55,133 bases of DNA from Rhizaria sp. SCN 62-66 (Eukaryota): NCBI GenBank assembly GCA_001724265.1, contig MEDY01000372.1, forward strand, positions 1-55,133, in the 5' to 3' direction. The translations under genes were made by a program, and so were the position numbers. This document shows, piece by piece, positions 49,538-55,133 of this stretch; position 1 is the stretch's first letter, and every line of letters begins with the position of its first letter. The notes under the pieces were generated by a model. It was given only the letters and a program-made list of their open reading frames with translations. It ran no database searches and had not been told where the DNA came from.

Positions 49538-50230
49538 AGGGGACACCTGGGAGAAAAGAAGGACGTAGTTAACAGGGAATATGAGCACATGACAGAACAA
49601 GGAAAACATATAATGCAAGAATACCCAAGAATAAACCATAAAAGGGAGAAGTTCTTCACTGACGGTCAGGGTATGTCAGGGCACTTTCGCTGAATCATCC
49701 TTTTGCGTCCCTGGAAGCTGGCCATCGGATCGATTGTGGTTCCCGCTGAAGGGTCACTTTGCACAGATAGTGTGGAGTACTTTCATCGTGTATCAGCGTA
49801 AATGTACTTAATATAAACTTAAGACGCGACAATATTTTATACTTCTTTCTTTTGCAGCCAAAGACAGCTCTCATACCAATGATATTTCGAATCCGCGCCC
49901 ACTCACAACTACCGCATCCTTCCACTCGTATCCCAACACTACCTTTTCCATTCCAGAGACTCAGAGCCACTTATCTAAGGCGCAAAGCTTACATCAACCA
50001 GAAGATCTTAGGTGTACCCGTTACATATCCCCGCAACCACCCCGCGCGCCTCACCGCTGCCGCGCACCGCCACTCCTCCGCTCTTTCTCTCGCGCCTCTT
50101 CACTTGCAAGAAGAGCGTGGACCAGAGCAGGCAGCGTAGCACCGGAGCACGAGACCTTCTCCGATCGCTCTCCCATTCCACGACAGCTTTATCCGCGCCT
50201 TTCCACGCTGTGTGAGCCGCTGATACTGCC

Positions 50231-53071
50231 ATGGCCCACATTTTCGACGAGCTGCCCGACCTGGAGCTGGCCCCCTCGACCCTCCACGAATGCGCCTACT
50301 TCTCTTCCCCTTTCACCTACTCCTCATCCTCGTCATCCTCGTCCTCATCTTCTACCGCTGCCGCCGCTGCCGCTGCGTCCTCGCACGCCCCGTCGCTGAC
50401 CCGCCCCGCGCGCTTCGTCGAGCACTCGCTCCCTGCGGCGCCCGTGTCGTTGTCGTGGAACTGCGCCGGCACCCACCTTGCCTTCGCCGCAAACTGCGGT
50501 GCGACGGGCGACCGCGAGCGCGTCGGCGTCCGCGTCTTTGCCGTCACGCCCTACGGCGAGCCCGTTCTGACCACCACCGCCACCGCCACCTCAAGCAGCA
50601 GCAGCAGCGGCAGTGGCGGTGCTAGCAGTGGGCCGCTGTTCCTGCCCTCCGGCGCAGTGACCGCAGCCTCCTCCTCCTCTTCAGCCGCCGCCGCCGCTGC
50701 CGCCGCGCCTGCGCCCGTGCTGCACGTGTCCTGGAGCCCCTCGAACGACTCGCTGCTTGCGGCGGCCTCGGCAGACCGGTCCGTCCGCGTCTGGGACCTC
50801 CGCGCCCCTTCGAGGCCCGTCGCGCGCTTCGATCTCCGTCCCCCCGCCTCGGCTCATGGTAGCGGCATCGGCAGCGGCGGCCACAGCAACAGCAGCGGCA
50901 GCAACTCCGCCGGTAGCGCCAGCGCTGGCGGCGATGGCGTGAACAGCTCTAGCAGCAGCAGTAGCGGCACGAACGGCAGCAGTGGCAGTGGCGGCGGCGG
51001 CGGCAGCGGCGGTGGCGGTCCCCCCTGCGCGGGCTTCTACTGGCTGCGGCCGGCGCACGGCGGCTGGCTCTTCGGGCTTGACGCCGACGGCGCGGCGACG
51101 CTGCGGGCCGCGCGCCCAGAGGCCGAGCCCCTGGGCGCGCGGCTGCCTCAGCGGGCGCTCGCGCTTGGCAGCTCCTACCCACAGTACCGGTACCATCCTA
51201 CTGCTCACAGCGGCAGCGGCAGCGGCAGCACTGGCGGCACGTGCACAACGACGACCACCAGTCAGTACAACGGCTACTGCAACAACAACAGCAGCAGCAG
51301 CAGTAATGCTGTTAGCGACGCGTGTCCCGACGTACACCCCTTTGACTATCTCGTCGACTCGGCTTTCCCGTTGCTTTCCACCTCGCATGGCAACAACGAC
51401 AGTGTCACTGGCGCAGACGAGCCGGCGACACCGGCGCAGCGCCCGCCGGCGCTCCCCGCCTCGCTACTATGGGGCGCGGCGTCGGGGCTGCTCGCGGGCC
51501 CCACCGTGTCGCTGCCGTGCCCGCCGCCGCTGCCGGAGCGACACCTGGTCGGCTCGTCGACCGGGCTCCTTTCGCTCTGCTCGCTGCGCCTCACTGAGGT
51601 CGACGCCGCAGTGCAGGCGCACTCGGGGCCGGTGACCGCGCTTGCCGCGGCACCGGGCGGCCGCGCGCTGGCGTCGGGCGGCGCCGACGGCGGCGTCGCG
51701 CTGTGGCACCCCGGCACGCTCGCCCGCCTCGGTACTATGGACCGCCACCGCGCGCCCGTCACAGCGCTCAGCTTCTCCGCCTGCGGCCGTCTCCTCGCCT
51801 CGGCGGCGGGCAACGTGGTCGACATTGCGGACGCGGGGCCCGTCACCGCCGGCCGCGGCGCCGGCGGCGGCTGTGGGCGCGCCGCCGCGGCGGGCGGCGG
51901 CGGCGGCGGCGGCGGCCTGGCTCGCGTGCACTCGATCCTGCTGCAGGGCGCCGCGGAAGTCACCGCCCTCGCCTGGCAACCCACTGCTCATACTGCGGCC
52001 TCTGCGACTGCAGCTGCGGCACACACAGGGTACTGGGGCAGCCGCGTGCTCGCGGTGGCGTCACGCGGCGCCACCTCTTCATCAGTCCACGGCGGCCGCG
52101 GCGGATACAATGACGACGATGACGGGAACAGCAACAACAGCAGCAGCAGCAGCGGCGGCGGTCTCGGCGGTCTGACCGGCCTCGCGATGGGCGGCAGCGG
52201 CGGCAGCGGTGGCGCAGTCGTGAGCGTGTTCTCGGCGCCCGCTCACGCCGTCTCGCTGCACTGCGTGCCCGCCGCGCTGGCCGCCGCGGGGCTGGCAGGT
52301 CAGCCGGGGGCTGTGGGGGCGGCGGCGGCGGCGGCCAGCGCGGCGGCCGTTGCCAGGGCCACTGCGGCGGCGTCGGCGCTTGCGGCGGCCAAGGCCCGGG
52401 CGTCCTCGACTGCAGGGACCACTGCCACTGCCACTGCGTCTGCGACTGCGAAGAACACTGGTACTGCTGCTGCTGCTGCTGCTTCTGGTGCGACCGGGAG
52501 CGCGAGTGTCAAAAGCCCTGCGGCGGCCGCGGCTGCGGCCTCGGCGGCGGGGGCGCTGGCTAGGGCCAAGGCTGCCGCTGCCGCTGCGGCCACCGCCCCG
52601 TCTCAAGCCCAGGCGCAGGCGCAGTCTCAGTCTCAACAGTCACAGGGGCCGGGGCAGGGACAGGGGCAGGGACAAGGCGGTGCCTGGGGCGCGGTCACTG
52701 GCGCGGGCGCTGCTACTGGCGGCAACGCAGGCCGCGGCCCCCCGATGCGGGGACGCCAAGTCAGCGCCAACTCTGCCGGCTCCAACGCTGGCGCTGGCGC
52801 TATGCACGGGGGCGCGGGCGCCAGTGCTGGCGCTAGCGAGGGCGGGTATGTGCCTGCCAGTGGGGGCCGTCATCGCAGCGACCGCGACGGCGGCTACGAT
52901 AATGGTGGCGGCTACACTGGCGGCGGCTACCATCAGCAGCAACATCAGCAGCGCTATGGCGGAGGCGATCATGAGCAGGGTTGGGGCGGCGGCCGCGGCG
53001 GCCGCGGCGGCGGTCGCGGTGGCGGCGGCGGCGGCCGGGGCGGCAGGGGCCGGGGAGGCGGCCGCATGTAA
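50231..53071 (+). CDS. WD40-repeat protein resembling THO complex subunit 3 (THOC3/Tex1), with a C-terminal RGG tail
   Basis: SLSWNCAGTHLA, VSWSP...LLAAASADRSVRVWD, AHSGPV...ASGGADGGVALW and PVTALSFS..GRLLASA follow the THOC3 repeat order. Ends TAA. Confidence 0.7.
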   Translation: MAHIFDELPDLELAPSTLHECAYFSSPFTYSSSSSSSSSSSTAAAAAAASSHAPSLTRPARFVEHSLPAAPVSLSWNCAGTHLAFAANCGATGDRERVGVRVFAVTPYGEPVLTTTATATSSSSSSGSGGASSGPLFLPSGAVTAASSSSSAAAAAAAAPAPVLHVSWSPSNDSLLAAASADRSVRVWDLRAPSRPVARFDLRPPASAHGSGIGSGGHSNSSGSNSAGSASAGGDGVNSSSSSSSGTNGSSGSGGGGGSGGGGPPCAGFYWLRPAHGGWLFGLDADGAATLRAARPEAEPLGARLPQRALALGSSYPQYRYHPTAHSGSGSGSTGGTCTTTTTSQYNGYCNNNSSSSSNAVSDACPDVHPFDYLVDSAFPLLSTSHGNNDSVTGADEPATPAQRPPALPASLLWGAASGLLAGPTVSLPCPPPLPERHLVGSSTGLLSLCSLRLTEVDAAVQAHSGPVTALAAAPGGRALASGGADGGVALWHPGTLARLGTMDRHRAPVTALSFSACGRLLASAAGNVVDIADAGPVTAGRGAGGGCGRAAAAGGGGGGGGLARVHSILLQGAAEVTALAWQPTAHTAASATAAAAHTGYWGSRVLAVASRGATSSSVHGGRGGYNDDDDGNSNNSSSSSGGGLGGLTGLAMGGSGGSGGAVVSVFSAPAHAVSLHCVPAALAAAGLAGQPGAVGAAAAAASAAAVARATAAASALAAAKARASSTAGTTATATASATAKNTGTAAAAAASGATGSASVKSPAAAAAAASAAGALARAKAAAAAAATAPSQAQAQAQSQSQQSQGPGQGQGQGQGGAWGAVTGAGAATGGNAGRGPPMRGRQVSANSAGSNAGAGAMHGGAGASAGASEGGYVPASGGRHRSDRDGGYDNGGGYTGGGYHQQQHQQRYGGGDHEQGWGGGRGGRGGGRGGGGGGRGGRGRGGGRM

Positions 53072-53551
53072 GCGTGTGTTGAGGTCTTGCGCGTATTATT
53101 CGTCCTGTATTTGCTTAGATGTTCGTGACACAATAAATTTGTCGAGCTTTGATCTTTGCCTTTGTTTTTGCTGCCTCAACAATACGTGTTCGAGTGCGTG
53201 CGAACGATCTTCGATGTTTGTCTTAATGTTGGTTTGGATGTTTCAAACTAATAACAATCAATATCCACAAGCTTATATCCAAAACAGCAATACAAGCGCT
53301 TGATGAATGTATGACACATATGTTTTGTGAGTTTATTTCAGTAAACGCGTCGAAAGTTAAAGAACGTCGTACCCATGCATGAACGAGCGTGTGGGCGAAC
53401 TCAGAGTTAGATAATTGTTGAGGTGTATTTTCTGTTAAAATAGGAGTAATCTAAATCAATTAATAAAATCCATTGACCTCTTCACATCAAAGACGGACGA
53501 AGTAGATAGAGTCCAGACCTCGCACTAGGTCATTGAAACAATAACAAAGCG

Positions 53552-55132
53552 TTACAAAGAGCTCACCAGTTTCTCTTGGTGTTTCTGCTCGTTATCATTT
53601 CCATGCACGCTCGCCGCCTTCGCCCCAACCCCGACTCCGGTCACACTGCCGCTGCCGCTGCCGCCGCCGCTGCCACTAGTGATCGCGAACGCCGAGACTG
53701 GCCCCGTAGCGCCCCGCAGCCCCCCCTGCTCCGTCCCCAGACCGACGAACGTCACAGCGGCAGCGCCAGCGCCCTCAGCGGCGGCGGCCTCGGCGGCGGC
53801 GGTCGCGCCGGCAGCCCGGGCCTTGGCCGCCGCTGCCGAGGCAGCCGCGGTGCGCCGCTGCGCAAGAGTCGTCGTGTCGAACAACACCGAGCTGTGGGCC
53901 CAGCCAGCAGCGCCCGCCGTCTTGCTGCTGTTGCTCTCGCGACTCGCAAAGACGGGGGCGTAGCCGCGCGCGGTGATCGCCGCGATAGTGTATCTCGCCA
54001 GGACGTCTGCATGCGCCTGCAGATCGTTCGCGCTGTTGTTGTTGTTGTTGTTGTTGTTGCTAGCAGCAGTGTTGGGGGTGGCGTTGGTGTTGATGTTGGC
54101 ACTGCTGACGACGGCGCCGAGCGAAGAGTCGCTCAAAGACAGCGACAGAGCGCCGCTGTCAGCGCTCTCAGCGAGCTCAACGCTCTCGTTGCTCGCGGCC
54201 ACAGTCGCCGCGGCGGCGGCAGCGGCGGAGGCCACGGCAGTTACTGCCTTGGCCACCACACTTATCGCACTGCTAATGGCACCGCGGTGCTTGTTGTGGC
54301 TGAGACCGGCGATAGTAGCGCGCGCGTGTGACTTGACTTGGTCTTGCCAGTCTGCGGGCAAGTCAGCAAGCTGAGTCCAAACAATTGGAGGAGCAACGTC
54401 GGGGGGCATCACGCAGTCGACGATCACGCACTCGCCGACGCTGTTGCTGCTGCTATAAGTACTTGAAGCCGCTTCAACGCCGTCGTCGCCACCGTTCGCA
54501 CCAGTCTCTCCGTCAGACGCAGATACAGACGCAGACTCAGACGCAGAAAGTGGATGGGTGACCGTGAGCCGGAGGGCCCCGTTAACCCTCAGCCGCGCCA
54601 CGCGAAGCTTGGCCGCGTCCAGCACGACCGCCGCCCGGGGCCCCAGATCGAGGTCTGCGTCCTTGAAGGCGCCCATGCGCTGCAGCAGGGCCGTGCCCAG
54701 CGCAGGAGCGAGCACCACTGCGGCGCCGCGGCGCACGCGCACGCCGCCCAGCCGCGCGGGGCAGCCGTAGAGACGCGTCTGCTCCGCGCTGCTCGAGCTG
54801 TCACTGGCGCCGGCTCCGGCGCGGGCGCTGGCGAGGACGGTTTCCTCGCTTTCGGCGGCGATGCTGGCGCGCGGACAGCAGATGCGCAGCAGACGACGGT
54901 TGCAGTCGTAGAAGTCCCATTCCCCGGACGCCGCCGTCTCGGGCTCGAGTCCCTTAGCCTGGCGCGCGGCGGCGTCGGCGGTGGCGTTCTTGACCGGCGC
55001 AAAGGCCAGCCAGCGCGGGAACTGGCAGTAGCCGACCTTGGCCGTCGCCGGCAGCAACAGCGGCAGGTCCTGCATCATGCTCTCGAGCCGCGCGGGGGAC
55101 GCGAACGCCGAGCGCGAGGCGTCCGCGTACTT
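53552..55132 (-). CDS. UDP-sugar pyrophosphorylase (USP), C-terminal part (5' truncated by the window edge)
   Basis: KY.D.....F.SPARLESMMQDLP...VG.....WLAFAPVKN...ASGE.D.Y..N resembles the plant/trypanosomatid USP motif RLE.MMQD...PVKN. Ends TAA. Confidence 0.82.
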   Translation of the reverse strand, partial: KYADASRSAFASPARLESMMQDLPLLLPATAKVGYCQFPRWLAFAPVKNATADAAARQAKGLEPETAASGEWDFYDCNRRLLRICCPRASIAAESEETVLASARAGAGASDSSSSAEQTRLYGCPARLGGVRVRRGAAVVLAPALGTALLQRMGAFKDADLDLGPRAAVVLDAAKLRVARLRVNGALRLTVTHPLSASESASVSASDGETGANGGDDGVEAASSTYSSSNSVGECVIVDCVMPPDVAPPIVWTQLADLPADWQDQVKSHARATIAGLSHNKHRGAISSAISVVAKAVTAVASAAAAAAATVAASNESVELAESADSGALSLSLSDSSLGAVVSSANINTNATPNTAASNNNNNNNNSANDLQAHADVLARYTIAAITARGYAPVFASRESNSSKTAGAAGWAHSSVLFDTTTLAQRRTAAASAAAAKARAAGATAAAEAAAAEGAGAAAVTFVGLGTEQGGLRGATGPVSAFAITSGSGGGSGSGSVTGVGVGAKAASVHGNDNEQKHQEKLVSSL

Positions 55133-55133
55133 A

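Noticed and set aside
1-55133. A suppressor tRNA-CUA or other RNA gene in the intergenic regions
   Set aside because: No convincing cloverleaf or A/B-box was seen by eye. tRNAscan-SE/Infernal would be needed.

Overview
Gene-dense eukaryotic (protist) nuclear DNA with GC-rich coding exons full of low-complexity insertions, AT-rich intergenic DNA and GT-AG introns (donors mostly GTACG). About 17 protein genes can be reconstructed: an eIF2D-like SUI1 C-terminus, a myristoylated EF-hand protein, derlin, a giant site-1 protease, an RNF126-like RING E3, a B-box coiled-coil protein, a NIPA Mg transporter, a TrhO/TSTD2 rhodanese, a PPR protein, a CFAP119-like protein, P5C dehydrogenase, a THOC3-like WD40 protein, UDP-sugar pyrophosphorylase and several unknowns. 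The main finding is an apparently non-standard nuclear genetic code. Eleven in-frame TAG codons interrupt four otherwise continuous genes, no in-frame TAA or TGA occurs, and every reconstructed gene ends in TAA or TGA. UAG therefore appears to be a sense codon (context favours Gln; Leu is not excluded) while UAA and UGA remain stops. The organism cannot be identified from this window, and all family calls come from motif recognition, not database searches.
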